The notes: generated from the letters alone by a model not told the origin. A stretch of DNA of 64,000 bases from an uncultured archaeon (GCA_964558645.1 CAZLEV010000002.1:64001-128000), one strand, 5' to 3'. Counted from the first letter of the stretch, positions 19,079-29,486 are shown. Made by a program: numbers and translations.

Positions 19079-20200
19079 TTAAGCATTTCCTAGAGGACCT
19101 CGTCCGATGTCCTCGTGCACAAACATCGACGGTCCCTCATGAAGAAGGGTATGCTCCCAGATACGCTTGCAGTCACATTCTACCTCAAGGAGCCTCTGGG
19201 TATCCTGGGTCAAGGAGTATTCCCGGACTGCCTTGACGATGGTCGAATCACATTTCCCGCAGTTGTGGGTACCACGCGACTTGCCCCCAGCCACAGGATC
19301 ACAGAGAATTCTCATGCTGACAGGATGTGACTCTCGAGACCGGCGAAGTATCTCAATCAAGGTCCAGAGCCAGGGCGGGCGATAATCACCTCTCCGCCAG
19401 AGCTGCTCGACCAGCGTGAAGCGCTGGATGTTCACAGGGTTGACCGACACAGTGGTGACCTTCATATCTGCTGCATCTGATATCGTTCTGACTGCATCCT
19501 CCAGAGCAGCTCGCTCGGTCATGAAGGGGGGCTTGACCAGAACATATGCTCGGGTTCCCACTCCGAATTCCAGTGCCCTCTCTACCGCGGATTTGAAATC
19601 TTCCGTGCTGAAGCCCTTGTTGATGCATATCTGTCTCACGAGGTCATTGCTGCTCTCGAGACCCATCCCAATCTCAACATGCTTGTTTTCAAGTGTCTGA
19701 GCGATGAATTGAAGGGCACTGTCAGTAACAAACTCAGGTCGCGACTCAAGGACCACTTCTTTGACACGGTCATCACTGCCTAAATGCTCAACTATTGCTC
19801 GACGGGCGTCTAGTGGTACCTCGCTTTCGTCAAGAAAACTGCCACTTGTGTATATTTTCACGGAGAGCGGTTCTGTTTCTCCTGCTAATGCGTCCATGCC
19901 CTTTTCGAATTGTGACAACAGATGATCTGAGGACACCGCCCTATTCGTGCCGTCAAGAAGGTAGCTACACATGGTACACCCCCCAGCCTCACTCAGGGCA
20001 TATGAACAACCATGTGTCGAGAGAACCAGAGAGAGAGCAGTTCCGGTCGCCTGCCCGATCGGTGCGGAGGCCACCCATTTTGCAGCAGGCCTTGTAGGGT
20101 CACGTCTTCTTCTGCGAGATATCGAGGATTTCCTGGCCCGTATATTGGCCTCCCGAATCAGTTGTCCAATGTCTGCTAGTGCTTTTGACATCATCATCAC
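19079..20200 (-). CDS. raSEA: Archaeosine biosynthesis radical SAM protein RaSEA
   Basis: GCSYALSEAGGCTMCSY, KIYTSGSFLD, ESRPEF, YVLVKPPF, YRPPWLWT, RGTHNCGKCD; adjacent to arcS. Confidence 0.9.
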   Translation of the reverse strand: MMMMSKALADIGQLIREANIRARKSSISRRRRRDPTRPAAKWVASAPIGQATGTALSLVLSTHGCSYALSEAGGCTMCSYLLDGTNRAVSSDHLLSQFEKGMDALAGETEPLSVKIYTSGSFLDESEVPLDARRAIVEHLGSDDRVKEVVLESRPEFVTDSALQFIAQTLENKHVEIGMGLESSNDLVRQICINKGFSTEDFKSAVERALEFGVGTRAYVLVKPPFMTERAALEDAVRTISDAADMKVTTVSVNPVNIQRFTLVEQLWRRGDYRPPWLWTLIEILRRSRESHPVSMRILCDPVAGGKSRGTHNCGKCDSTIVKAVREYSLTQDTQRLLEVECDCKRIWEHTLLHEGPSMFVHEDIGRGPLGNA

Positions 20201-22131
20201 TCCAGAGTATGCCGCAAGGATATGGCTCTTCCATTATCAAAGGCACACATCTCGCGACCAGACATCTCACTCTTTCCCACGCCCACTACCTCGTCATCGA
20301 CGTTTATTACGACGACCTCATCACCCGGCCGAATGGACGAATCGGCATCGGATATGCCCACCGCAAACAGAGAACCGCCCCGGATGCGTTTTCCGTCGAA
20401 TTTGACCCAATACCGACCAGTCTCCTTCAGAATGGCTCCTCCCTCCAAGGTCAAGGATAGAAGGCCATTCTGTCCGACAAAGGAACACAACTGCGAGCCC
20501 TCCAGTTCGCAGATCACCAGATGAAAGAGCTTCCCGCGGAGGTCAGCACCTTCAGGTATCAATAATCGGCCTGTTCCTCTGCCGAACTGAAAATCGGCTG
20601 TGGCTCGAAGGGCTTCCTCGCGTTTCACAGGAGGGGCCGCCTCCAGTGGGATGACACCGCGCATATCAGTGAGTGTTGCTTCCAATGAAGACAGAGCATC
20701 GCGCCGTGTTGCAGAGTCATCAGAGTCGGTGTATATTATCGGCTGCTGAACTCTGTCCTCAGCCTCTGCAACTACCTGACGGTATCCACCGGAGACGTGA
20801 GCTACCACCACAGCTTCGTCAGAGAATTTCGATAGGTGATTAACCAGAGCATCTGCTGCAAGCCTCAACTCCTCCGAGTCCCAGTCACCGGTCACGGGAA
20901 TATCGTAGTTCGCCACAGGGAATATCCTTTCGAGCTCACGAGGAATGACACCTAGTGGTGAGGTGAGTATCGTCTCTGCAACCTCACGGCGTGCACCACC
21001 AATTGCCGAAGAAATCGTGCGGTCAAAGAGATGATGCGAACGCGACTCAGAATAGGGCTTTCTGGCTGAACAGGGCAGGAGGAGGACAAGTTTCTTCCTC
21101 GTCGGAGGTGTGTAACGGTCAGCGAGGCGTTCTCGGAAGCGACGTACTGCAGGTGCGTTGTAACTCTCGGGACCGATCAAGGGCAGGACTTGGTCTCCTG
21201 CGGTAGGTGTGAACTCCTCGATGAAATCATACAGATCCGCATCAACCCTGCGTAGTGCGGATGCAAGAGAGGGGCTTCTATGCGTCATGCCCTCAACAAG
21301 TGCCCTCAAAAGCCCTGTGTCCATCCCATGGCGAGCCTCTGAGAGTACTCCCTTGTAGCTCTCAAGATTGTGCCCTGTGATGATGTCATAACGCACCGAT
21401 TCGGTCAGTTCGGTCAGATTCTTACCTTTGCACGAACTGCAGGCACAATACCTCGGAGCGATATGTTTCTCTTTCACGCTCTCTATTCCATCTCTCCATA
21501 GTCGGGTATCAATAGCAGCTGCACGCTGGGAGAATGCGGTGTCCAGAACATCAAAACCAAGATAGTAGAGCAGAGGGATGTGTGCCGGTTCAATTCTCCC
21601 CAAGGCTAGGCAGGTCCAGTTTAGAGGCAGAATCCTTCGAAGACAGACGGCCCTCATATCGTGTGGTCCAAACGTTCCGTCGAGAGTAAACGATGCAGCA
21701 CGTACACCCAAGCTCTCAAAGGCCGAGAGTGACTCAGATAGAACCTTCGAGGATACCCGGTTTGGAATGCGAGCAATCGCTCGCACAGGATCCAGCTCAA
21801 GCTTATTGTCCCTTAGTATCTCCAGTTGCCTATTGAGAATATGCTGTCCGATAGCCTCGTCCAATGTCGAAGAGCCTGGCAGAGATGGGAGGAGATAGAG
21901 ATCGGTTTCAGAGATGCCAATTGCCTTTGTGAATATCCCCTCAGAGAGCGAGTAGATACAGCAATCCCGTGATTCTCGGCCCCAAATATCGAGAAACCTG
22001 TAACGTCCGGCTGTATCGGTTTCTTCGTCCAGCCGCAGGAGAGCAGGAAGAGGAATCTTCGCTCCGTTCAGTTCGATGTGCCCGATTCTTGCCGGACCGT
22101 AGTGCCCCCGTTCAATCATCAACATCTTCAA
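20197..22131 (-). CDS. arcS: Archaeosine synthase alpha subunit ArcS
   Basis: TGT-like N-terminus (GPARIG, CACSSC, HN), LLLPCSARKPYSESRSH, TSPLGVIPRELE, YDIPVTGDW, C-terminal PUA domain. Confidence 0.9.
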   Translation of the reverse strand: MKMLMIERGHYGPARIGHIELNGAKIPLPALLRLDEETDTAGRYRFLDIWGRESRDCCIYSLSEGIFTKAIGISETDLYLLPSLPGSSTLDEAIGQHILNRQLEILRDNKLELDPVRAIARIPNRVSSKVLSESLSAFESLGVRAASFTLDGTFGPHDMRAVCLRRILPLNWTCLALGRIEPAHIPLLYYLGFDVLDTAFSQRAAAIDTRLWRDGIESVKEKHIAPRYCACSSCKGKNLTELTESVRYDIITGHNLESYKGVLSEARHGMDTGLLRALVEGMTHRSPSLASALRRVDADLYDFIEEFTPTAGDQVLPLIGPESYNAPAVRRFRERLADRYTPPTRKKLVLLLPCSARKPYSESRSHHLFDRTISSAIGGARREVAETILTSPLGVIPRELERIFPVANYDIPVTGDWDSEELRLAADALVNHLSKFSDEAVVVAHVSGGYRQVVAEAEDRVQQPIIYTDSDDSATRRDALSSLEATLTDMRGVIPLEAAPPVKREEALRATADFQFGRGTGRLLIPEGADLRGKLFHLVICELEGSQLCSFVGQNGLLSLTLEGGAILKETGRYWVKFDGKRIRGGSLFAVGISDADSSIRPGDEVVVINVDDEVVGVGKSEMSGREMCAFDNGRAISLRHTLE

Positions 22132-22143
22132 TCACCTCAATAT

Positions 22144-24819
22144 CTAGACCAGTGGCTCATACCTTCTGTAGGCCTTCGTATCAACACTCGTCTCTGTTCC
22201 AGTCAGTACTTGCCGCACAGCATCAAGAGCCCCGTATCGAAAGAGCGGCTTGTTGTTGTTGCCGCACTGATATGAATAAGTACAGAGAGGACAACCGTCC
22301 ACGGTCTTACAATCACACTTCGCCAATATGGTTTCGGTACGTTCAAAGGCCTCCCGGAGTCGTCCATAAAGAAGCTTGGAAGCACCATTACCCCCCGGGC
22401 TACCATCATAGACGAAGATGATCCCCGAGTCGCCCATAGAAACACCGCCAATCTCCCGCGTGCTGCCCCCAGTGAGCATATCGCTGGATTCAATCAACAC
22501 ATGTTCAAATGCGTGAAATGCTCCGCCATATAGCTCCGGTGGACCCATCCGATCGCCCGCTAGATGACTGAGTGAACCTTCTAGGTAGTCATTGACAGAT
22601 TTCACAGGCTCAGGAGACTTGAAGGCGAAGCCGCGAGTCAGATAGCTATACTCAAGGGGAAAATCAAGCTGGGACCGTGAGACTACTCTACCACTTCGGG
22701 TCTCTCTTGTCACATAACCGTCAACCGTCTGGGTCATCTCAAGCGTACAGTATATCACTCCAAGCCCGAGGAGGTCCTGTTCCTCATGAACCTCGACGAT
22801 ACGTGGCATCGTACTATACAGGGGACGTGTGTGGATGGACCTGTCCCTGTAAGGAACAACAACGGCACGCCCCAATCCCTTTGTGTAGTCGAACTCGATC
22901 GACTTGTAGTTCTTGCCCCCGTGCAGATAGATTGCGCCCGGGTGTAGCTCTTGGGCTGCCATCGGCATGTTTCGTTCGCCCAGCGTCTTCTTTCCGGACT
23001 TGATCTGAACGGTGTCACCTATCCCGCGAATTGAGTAGCCCCGCCACTCGCGCTGAGCTCTCTGAGGGTCAATCACAGTGACGGCTCCATCCTCCGATAC
23101 TTCAACAATATCCTCGTCTTCTAAGCGAGAGAGAATCCCGCGCTGACGAGGAAAGGTATCAGCTGACAACTTACCACTCATCGCTGCAGCAATCAGCTGG
23201 TAGTATCCCACAACTTCGTTATCCGGCTCCATATATGCCGCATCGATATCCGTGAAGTACTTCTCGGGTTTGTGTCTGTAAAAGGATGAGATTGGGTCGT
23301 TCTCTCTGAGTGCAAGAACAGCAACACTCTCTTGGCCCTGCCTGCCTGCACGTCCAATCCTCTGAGTCAGGCGAGTTATGGATACAATCATGCTCACAAC
23401 GCTATCAAGGTCTCCGATGTCGATACCGAGCTCAAGAGTGGGTGTGGATACAATCACCGACAGGGCTCCTGAACGAAACTGTTCCTCGACTTCATTCCTG
23501 TATTTCTTTGGAAGGCCTGCTCTGTGGACCTTCGATCTCATCCCCTGCTCGCTGATGAGCATGTTGAGTACTTCTGCCTCTGAATGAGTGTTACCGAAAA
23601 CAAGAGTCTTGAAACCGCCTCTCTGGAGCATTCCAACAATATCAACTATCATGCTGTACTTGCTTCGCTCACCAGGATAGTACATCATGAAGTGGATTGG
23701 ACCCCGCTTAGCCCTGTCTGATTCAATCAGTCTGACATCTGAGTCGAAGACCTGTTCAGCAAATTCCTTGGGGTTTGAAACCGTAGCAGATGCTCCAATC
23801 TTCTGAAACTCACCAGACTCCAGAGCAAGACGTCTAAGAATGTAGTAGACATTAGAGCCCATGGAACCCGTATAGAGGTGAATCTCATCCAAGACAACAT
23901 ATTGTACTGTGCGAAGAATCGGTATCAGCCGAGAGCGATTCCATCCCAGATGGTAGTGCAGAACATCCGGATTCGTCAGGAGGATATCAGGAGGCCGGGC
24001 GTAGATCTTACGTCTCGCATTCTGCCCGACATCTCCGTCGAAGATACCCACTGTGAGAGTGGACTCCTCGCACATCCTCTGGATCTTCTCGTATTGGTCT
24101 CTTGCTAGAGCCTTTGTTGGATATACCAATAGCGCCCGGACGCCAGGGTTTCCAAAAGACTCCCGAGCACCGAGCAACAGTTGCCTGATGATTGGAAGTA
24201 TGAAGGCTTCCGTCTTCCCCTGGGCAGTTGGAGCTGCGATGACTACATTCTCACCATGCTGGATGGCGTGGTAGGCCTCAGTCTGAAACCTGTACATCCG
24301 CTCTATACCCTTTGATAGTAGATGTTCTTTGAGTCGTGTTGGAATCTTGAGTTCCTCGAGACTCTCTCCATATTCTGCTTCGCTCGTGGGAAAATGCTTG
24401 TATGCGACCAGATAGTCCCTGCCGGCGGAGAGGAGTGTCCGGATCTGTTCGGGAAGGTCGTTGAGCCCAATGCCCTCTTCAGATACAAGCTCTCGAATCT
24501 TGTCCACGGACTGCACCTTGGAGGATGAAATTCTACCCCGTCTCTTTCTGGGTGCTTGAGAGGTGGAGCTCTCGGTTTTCACAGTCTGGCCACCAGACTG
24601 AGGTGTTCCTATGGACCCACTCTGGATCGCCTTGGTATACGCATCATAGGCATCAAAGAGGTCGTTTCTTCTACCGTCTAGAGAGATCTCTGCATTGCAC
24701 GATGGACAGAGAACTGTCCATATACCACCACTCTTGAATATATCAAGTTTTGAGCCACATTTGGCACAATGCAGTACTGGCACATCAATCGAGCAAAGGT
24801 CTTCTGAGGTTCTTATCAA
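22144..24819 (-). CDS. DEAD/DEAH helicase with DUF1998 (Hrq1/YprA/SftH-like)
   Basis: APTAQGKT, YPTKALARDQ, DEIH, SAT, TPTLELGIDIG, QRIGRAGR, C-terminal CDC...GCPLC..C Zn site; extra N-terminal CxxC/CxxC ribbon. Confidence 0.92.
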   Translation of the reverse strand: MIRTSEDLCSIDVPVLHCAKCGSKLDIFKSGGIWTVLCPSCNAEISLDGRRNDLFDAYDAYTKAIQSGSIGTPQSGGQTVKTESSTSQAPRKRRGRISSSKVQSVDKIRELVSEEGIGLNDLPEQIRTLLSAGRDYLVAYKHFPTSEAEYGESLEELKIPTRLKEHLLSKGIERMYRFQTEAYHAIQHGENVVIAAPTAQGKTEAFILPIIRQLLLGARESFGNPGVRALLVYPTKALARDQYEKIQRMCEESTLTVGIFDGDVGQNARRKIYARPPDILLTNPDVLHYHLGWNRSRLIPILRTVQYVVLDEIHLYTGSMGSNVYYILRRLALESGEFQKIGASATVSNPKEFAEQVFDSDVRLIESDRAKRGPIHFMMYYPGERSKYSMIVDIVGMLQRGGFKTLVFGNTHSEAEVLNMLISEQGMRSKVHRAGLPKKYRNEVEEQFRSGALSVIVSTPTLELGIDIGDLDSVVSMIVSITRLTQRIGRAGRQGQESVAVLALRENDPISSFYRHKPEKYFTDIDAAYMEPDNEVVGYYQLIAAAMSGKLSADTFPRQRGILSRLEDEDIVEVSEDGAVTVIDPQRAQREWRGYSIRGIGDTVQIKSGKKTLGERNMPMAAQELHPGAIYLHGGKNYKSIEFDYTKGLGRAVVVPYRDRSIHTRPLYSTMPRIVEVHEEQDLLGLGVIYCTLEMTQTVDGYVTRETRSGRVVSRSQLDFPLEYSYLTRGFAFKSPEPVKSVNDYLEGSLSHLAGDRMGPPELYGGAFHAFEHVLIESSDMLTGGSTREIGGVSMGDSGIIFVYDGSPGGNGASKLLYGRLREAFERTETILAKCDCKTVDGCPLCTYSYQCGNNNKPLFRYGALDAVRQVLTGTETSVDTKAYRRYEPLV

Positions 24820-24937
24820 GGTTTACAAGTGACTTGCACTCGAGTAGGACCATCCTAAAGAGGATGATACATCACAATACTTTTAACGGGTGTGCAGGAA
24901 ATCTACACAACCGACCGTATGAATCGGGAGATGATGA

Positions 24938-25303
24938 TTGATGGTAGAAGAAATCGATGCAAAAGAACTGGAGAAAGTAATCGCTGAGAACAAGGTGGTC
25001 TTTGTGGACTGTCATGCAGTCTGGTGCCACCCCTGCAAGATGCTTACCCCGATCATGGAAGAACTTCATGAGAAGTACTCTGAGAAGGGCTTCAAGGTAG
25101 TCAAGTTAGATGTTGATCAGAACCGACAGTTTAGCGCCGAGAACAGAATAACAGGCGTGCCAAGTGTTCTGGTCTATACTGATGGGCAGAGAGTCGTCTT
25201 CGACGATGGAAGCGGAAAGAAGACAGACAAGCTTGTAGGAGTCATGCCACAAGAAGTCTATGGCGAGCTTGTTGAGAACCTGCTTGCTCAATCTACGGCA
25301 TAA
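24938..25303 (+). CDS. Thioredoxin
   Basis: WCHPC active site, KLDVD, GVP cis-Pro motif. Confidence 0.9.
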   Translation: MMVEEIDAKELEKVIAENKVVFVDCHAVWCHPCKMLTPIMEELHEKYSEKGFKVVKLDVDQNRQFSAENRITGVPSVLVYTDGQRVVFDDGSGKKTDKLVGVMPQEVYGELVENLLAQSTA

Positions 25304-25324
25304 TCGAACAATCGTATCGTACTG

Positions 25325-25347
25325 GGAGGGGCACTCTCCCCTCCTTT
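25325..25347 (+). terminator. Possible terminator hairpin
   Basis: GGAGGGG-CACTCT-CCCCTCC followed by TTT and a pyrimidine-rich run after the first thioredoxin. Confidence 0.35.
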
Positions 25348-25392
25348 CATCTCTATTTCTTCATTCTGCTGACACACTAGTTACATTCATAG

Positions 25393-25791
25393 GTGCCTAC
25401 CATACTGGCGCCAGTGAGCGTGAATGACTTGGTGAAGGACGCTGTGCCCGTTGATGTTCAGAGAATTGCGGATTCTAAGGAATTGGTCATTGTAGATTGT
25501 TGGGCTCCTTGGTGCGGACCGTGTCGAACATTAGGACCAATACTGGAAGAGCTGGAATCGAAGTACTCGGACCAAGATGATATTGCCTTTCTGAAGATCG
25601 ATGTTCAAGAGCACAGAGATTTTGCCGCCAGCAATCGTATCTCTGCAATTCCCTGTGTGCTGGTATATCACAATGGAAACAGGGTGAAGTTTCATGTTCC
25701 GGGGCCAAAAGGAGCGAAGATAGAGACCGATCGCGTCATTGGCCTGAGGGCGCCAGAAGATTATGAGTTCGTCATCAAGCAATTCCTCTAG
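25393..25791 (+). CDS. trxA: Thioredoxin
   Basis: WAPWCGPC, KIDV, AIP. Confidence 0.9.
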   Translation: MPTILAPVSVNDLVKDAVPVDVQRIADSKELVIVDCWAPWCGPCRTLGPILEELESKYSDQDDIAFLKIDVQEHRDFAASNRISAIPCVLVYHNGNRVKFHVPGPKGAKIETDRVIGLRAPEDYEFVIKQFL

Positions 25792-25806
25792 CTCTGGCTA
25801 TACTAT

Positions 25807-26391
25807 ATGATGTTTTATATCGCAGTAGACAGTGGTGTAGACAATAGACTTGTGGAGACACAGATAATGCCCGTACTACCTTTTGGCGATAAGAACCCAA
25901 GTATTCACTCGACAGCATTCGTAAGTCCACAGGCCACTGTTGTCGGAGATGTGGAGATAGGAGCTAGGGCCAGCATCTGGCCGGGAGCTGTCATCAGAGG
26001 CGACTATGCTTCGGTGAGAATAGGAGAAGAGACCTGTGTTCAGGATAGTGTTGTCATCCATGCGCATGAGGAGGATAACCCGGCCATCATTGGAGGCAAG
26101 ACGGTGATTGGTAGCGCTTCAGTGCTTCATGGCGTCTATGTGGGAGATGCTGCCAATATCGGAGAGGGCTGCGTTGTGTTCGATGGTGCCACACTGGGAG
26201 AGGGAGTACTACTTACACCGGGAAGCATCGTGCCCGCCAACGTTGTCATCCCGCCCAGAAGTCTCAACAGTGGTGCCCCAGCAGCTCAGGTAAGGGAACT
26301 CTCTCGTGAAGAAGTGGAGAAGCAGACCTATAGAGCGGAAATCATCGCTCAGGTATTCCAGAAACTCAGGAACTGGCAGCTGATTGTATAG
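25807..26391 (+). CDS. Gamma-carbonic anhydrase family (hexapeptide repeat) protein
   Basis: VGDVEIG..ASIWPGAVIRGD, VQDSVVIH, GAPA; start possibly MPVLPF (~25868). Confidence 0.88.
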   Translation: MMFYIAVDSGVDNRLVETQIMPVLPFGDKNPSIHSTAFVSPQATVVGDVEIGARASIWPGAVIRGDYASVRIGEETCVQDSVVIHAHEEDNPAIIGGKTVIGSASVLHGVYVGDAANIGEGCVVFDGATLGEGVLLTPGSIVPANVVIPPRSLNSGAPAAQVRELSREEVEKQTYRAEIIAQVFQKLRNWQLIV

Positions 26392-26392
26392 G

Positions 26393-27529
26393 TCACATCG
26401 TTTCACGAGATAGATTGGTCATGTTCTCTGGCCCGTTTTCTGTGATCAGATACATATCAGATATCTTCACAGCACCCTCGTCAGAGTCAGCACACATGGG
26501 AGTCAGCGTCAGGACCATTCTTTCCCTGAGAGTGCCTTCAGATTCTGGCATGAGAAACGGAGGTTCAATCAGGTCGAGGCCGATGGAGTTTCCGTAAGGC
26601 TTGTACAGATTCCACGACAATCCGCATTTCTGGAACTCGTCACGGATTGCCATGCCCACTTCTCGCACTGGCGTTCCCGAAACAAGAATATCCTCGAATC
26701 GTGTTGTCAGGCTCAAGATGCCATTGAATGCCGCAGACTGTTCTTCAGAGGGGGATCCTGCATGGACGGTGCGTGCAATCTCTGCGAAGTAACCTAGATG
26801 ACTCACGGTGATATCAATGATCACAAGGTCGTCCTCCTCGATCCGCTGGGCACCGGGTTGAGCAAAGGGATATCTCGCATGTGAGCCCGTGAGTACAGCA
26901 GCTCTGATGCCTCTCAGCTGACCTCCAGCGCCACGCATCGCTGCTTCAATCTCAAGCGAGGCCTCGCTCTCAGTCTTCCCGGCGGTCACAAGCTCAAGAG
27001 CGGTTCTGATCCCAATCTCAGCCACACTGATTGCACGGCGGATAGTGTCTATCTCAGAGGGGTCCTTCACCTGTCTGAGCCTGTATAGAGCCGAAGAGTA
27101 GTCCTTGAACCCAGCACCGGGAAGAGAGCTCTTCAGTAGCTCGAATTCGTCTATGGTGAGCCAGTCGTGTTGAAGGCCGATTATCGACTTGTGTACTCCA
27201 GAGTCGCGTATGGTTTGGACGATACGCTTCCAGAACTGAGGGGTGTATGTTGAATACCAGCGCTCTGTGGTTTCATCCTGAAACGTGAGTACTCTCCCCA
27301 TCACCGACTCCTCGACTAGAAGCTCCTTCTGTAACTCAGAAACAATGAGCCGGGGGTTCTCGTTCTTCACGATGAGGCAGCCCATCGGAAGGTGGTCATG
27401 TGGGCTCTCGTAGCCGGTCATATACTGCACGTCAGACCGCCGCGTCGCTATGATGGCTTCCACTCCTTCGTGATCCATTGACCGATGGACCCGTTCGAGT
27501 CGCTGTGGCGTGAACTGCATTTCATACAT
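26393..27529 (-). CDS. Xaa-Pro peptidase (M24) family protein, metal ligands largely lost
   Basis: Creatinase-N domain (DVQYMTGY), LRQVKDPSEI, IIDIT, EIARTV, ITENGPENMT. Confidence 0.85.
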   Translation of the reverse strand: MYEMQFTPQRLERVHRSMDHEGVEAIIATRRSDVQYMTGYESPHDHLPMGCLIVKNENPRLIVSELQKELLVEESVMGRVLTFQDETTERWYSTYTPQFWKRIVQTIRDSGVHKSIIGLQHDWLTIDEFELLKSSLPGAGFKDYSSALYRLRQVKDPSEIDTIRRAISVAEIGIRTALELVTAGKTESEASLEIEAAMRGAGGQLRGIRAAVLTGSHARYPFAQPGAQRIEEDDLVIIDITVSHLGYFAEIARTVHAGSPSEEQSAAFNGILSLTTRFEDILVSGTPVREVGMAIRDEFQKCGLSWNLYKPYGNSIGLDLIEPPFLMPESEGTLRERMVLTLTPMCADSDEGAVKISDMYLITENGPENMTNLSRETM

Positions 27530-27641
27530 TCCTCAGGCACTTGCACATCTAGGATGTGTAATCCATCGCAACTGACCGTTCGACATTGTCAGGCATTTAA
27601 GCTTCTCGCATGCGTCATGGAAAAAGTGCTCTCGGAGAAGA

Positions 27642-27664
27642 TGGCGGGACCGCCCCGATTTGAA
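27642..27664 (-). repeat. att-like copy 1 of tRNA-Arg(GCG) 3' end (distal island boundary)
   Basis: tggcgggaccgccccgatttgaa vs tRNA tggcgggaccgccccgattcgaa. Confidence 0.9.
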
Positions 27665-27712
27665 AAGAATCGCAGGACCATATATCGGCGAGATTGGGGA
27701 GATGTTGAGTAT

Positions 27713-28306
27713 TCAACCTTCTCGCTCATGTCGAAGTTCCTTCGGTTAGGGTATCTCGACAAGGTCTCTTATCGATCATTCGAGCTCGTCTGACAACTCA
27801 GACTGGGGTATCAAGTAATACCATTTGATGGGTTCCCCACTGCCAGAGCCGTAGAAGGTTGAAACCTTACCCTCGATTCTTGACACATACTCCTCTTCAA
27901 ACCCGAGGTTCTCTAGCTCCGATAGAAGGTCGGCCTCGGTCATGCAACCCAGACCCTCTTCGGTTTCCTGCCCTCTCAGTAGTCTGATGACTGCCTTCTT
28001 TCTGTCTGGCAGATTGCGAAGGCTCTCAGATTCCTTCTCGGTCAGCAAGCGGAGAGACCATGTTTCTTCGTCGATAGGCTCGCCATCCTCGTTCCGTGGG
28101 CTATCGATCGTCTTCTCGACCAGCCACTGGTCTAGCGCATATTCGATTGCATGAGAGGCCAACTCCGAATCATCGATCGATAGGTCGTCGCGTATGCGCT
28201 TCTCTAGTTCCTGCCTTGTCCAGTCGACAGGTGCACCACGGCTCCCAGCATCTCGTAGTATGTCCAGTAGGACGGCGACTGCTTTGTCTGTCATCACACT
28301 CATCAA
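27713..28306 (-). pseudogene. Decayed paralog of double-wHTH-like core protein (ORF 27776-28306 plus interrupted tail)
   Basis: Homologous to 48640-49230 (AI.YALD.WL..KTID, L..EESE.L..LP, QETE..LG, W..LIP..EL). Beyond the TGA at 27776 the frame reads *SIRDLVEIP*PKELRHEREG*, matching the intact end KELRREREG*. Confidence 0.75.
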
Positions 28307-28575
28307 TTACTCCGCCCAATTCGATTTCAACTCCCTGCTTCGGAGGAGGAGGGACTGAGAATTAGATGTGGTTTGACCAGCCACCTTTTCTGTTTTTGCT
28401 CGCGAAACTCTTCTTGCAGAAACAAGCCATTCATCCAATTCACTTATTGCTTCAGGACTCTGCTTCGACTGGGGTAGTCCGTGAAGCCTGCTTAGATTAT
28501 TCGAGTCCAGAAGACAGGTCTGAATTATCGTAACATTGAAGACTGGCCGGTCACCTGTTCACATGGTGAGTAGGT

Positions 28576-29235
28576 GTGATGGTAATTGAGAGGTTGGTTG
28601 TGCACAGACTGCTTCAGGCAGTACCGCCCAGAGAGGCGCCAACCATAGAATTCCCATCCGAATGGATTCTCCTCACCGCATTTGTTTCTCTGTTGTGTAT
28701 CGCCTTCATCGTGCAAAAAGTGATCTCTCAACAAAGAGAAAGAGAGGGTCAAGGAATCCCAACCACGTTTGCGAAATACCTCGACGTCACCTCAGTGTTT
28801 CTGATAATGACCCTCTTGGGCACGCTGGCCCCGTATGGAATATCTTACCGAGGTTATACAGATTACTCGACCACGGAGTTCTTCTTCAGTCTGCAGCTAG
28901 TTTCTTTCCTCTGGTTTCTCTGGTTTGGAACAGATTCTTGGGGGTTCTACCTGCTTTCTTTGCCGAACCTTGCATGGTCACTAACCTTGCTGACATTCTA
29001 CCTCATCTACGTGTATGAGGTGATTGAGTATTGTCAGGGCCAAACAGGCTGGATGAGAGTGGTCTTGACATGGCTAGTCAGTCAACTGCCCGTTCTGATT
29101 ATGCTCATCCCTAACTATCTGGCAGGATTGTTCCTCAGGGAGCTCTTCTATGAGGGGCCCACGTTCATCACCATTGTAGTGGGGCTGATCATAATGAGAA
29201 TCGCAAACCCAAAACCATCAAGAGAGCCTTGGTGA
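28576..29235 (+). CDS. Hypothetical multi-pass membrane protein
   Basis: ~6 hydrophobic segments. Confidence 0.75.
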   Translation: MMVIERLVVHRLLQAVPPREAPTIEFPSEWILLTAFVSLLCIAFIVQKVISQQREREGQGIPTTFAKYLDVTSVFLIMTLLGTLAPYGISYRGYTDYSTTEFFFSLQLVSFLWFLWFGTDSWGFYLLSLPNLAWSLTLLTFYLIYVYEVIEYCQGQTGWMRVVLTWLVSQLPVLIMLIPNYLAGLFLRELFYEGPTFITIVVGLIIMRIANPKPSREPW

Positions 29236-29385
29236 CTAGAACTGAGATCTGCGGATTTCTTCATTTGTGTGGGATGGGTGGCGGACTTATCGGGTCCTCA
29301 GTTGAATCACCCTTCCTGCCATTTTTCATTGCAGATCGGTGCAAGTCTTGGGCATCCTACGCTTCAAGGTGCGGCGAGGTATAGA

Positions 29386-29409
29386 TGGCGGGACCGCCCC
29401 GATTTGAAC
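29386..29409 (-). repeat. att-like copy 2 of tRNA-Arg 3' end
   Basis: tggcgggaccgccccgatttgaac, identical to copy 1 over 23 nt. Confidence 0.9.
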
Positions 29410-29486
29410 TATTATGATATACCTCGACTAGGTTTTTATAGCACCGAACGTTCTTCCACACCTTGTGGAATGGAGGCTGAAGACGA

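Noticed and set aside
19079-22131. 7-deazaguanine genes as a Dpd-like DNA modification system
   Set aside because: Motifs and the PUA domain match ArcS/RaSEA for tRNA archaeosine, and the genes lie outside the island.
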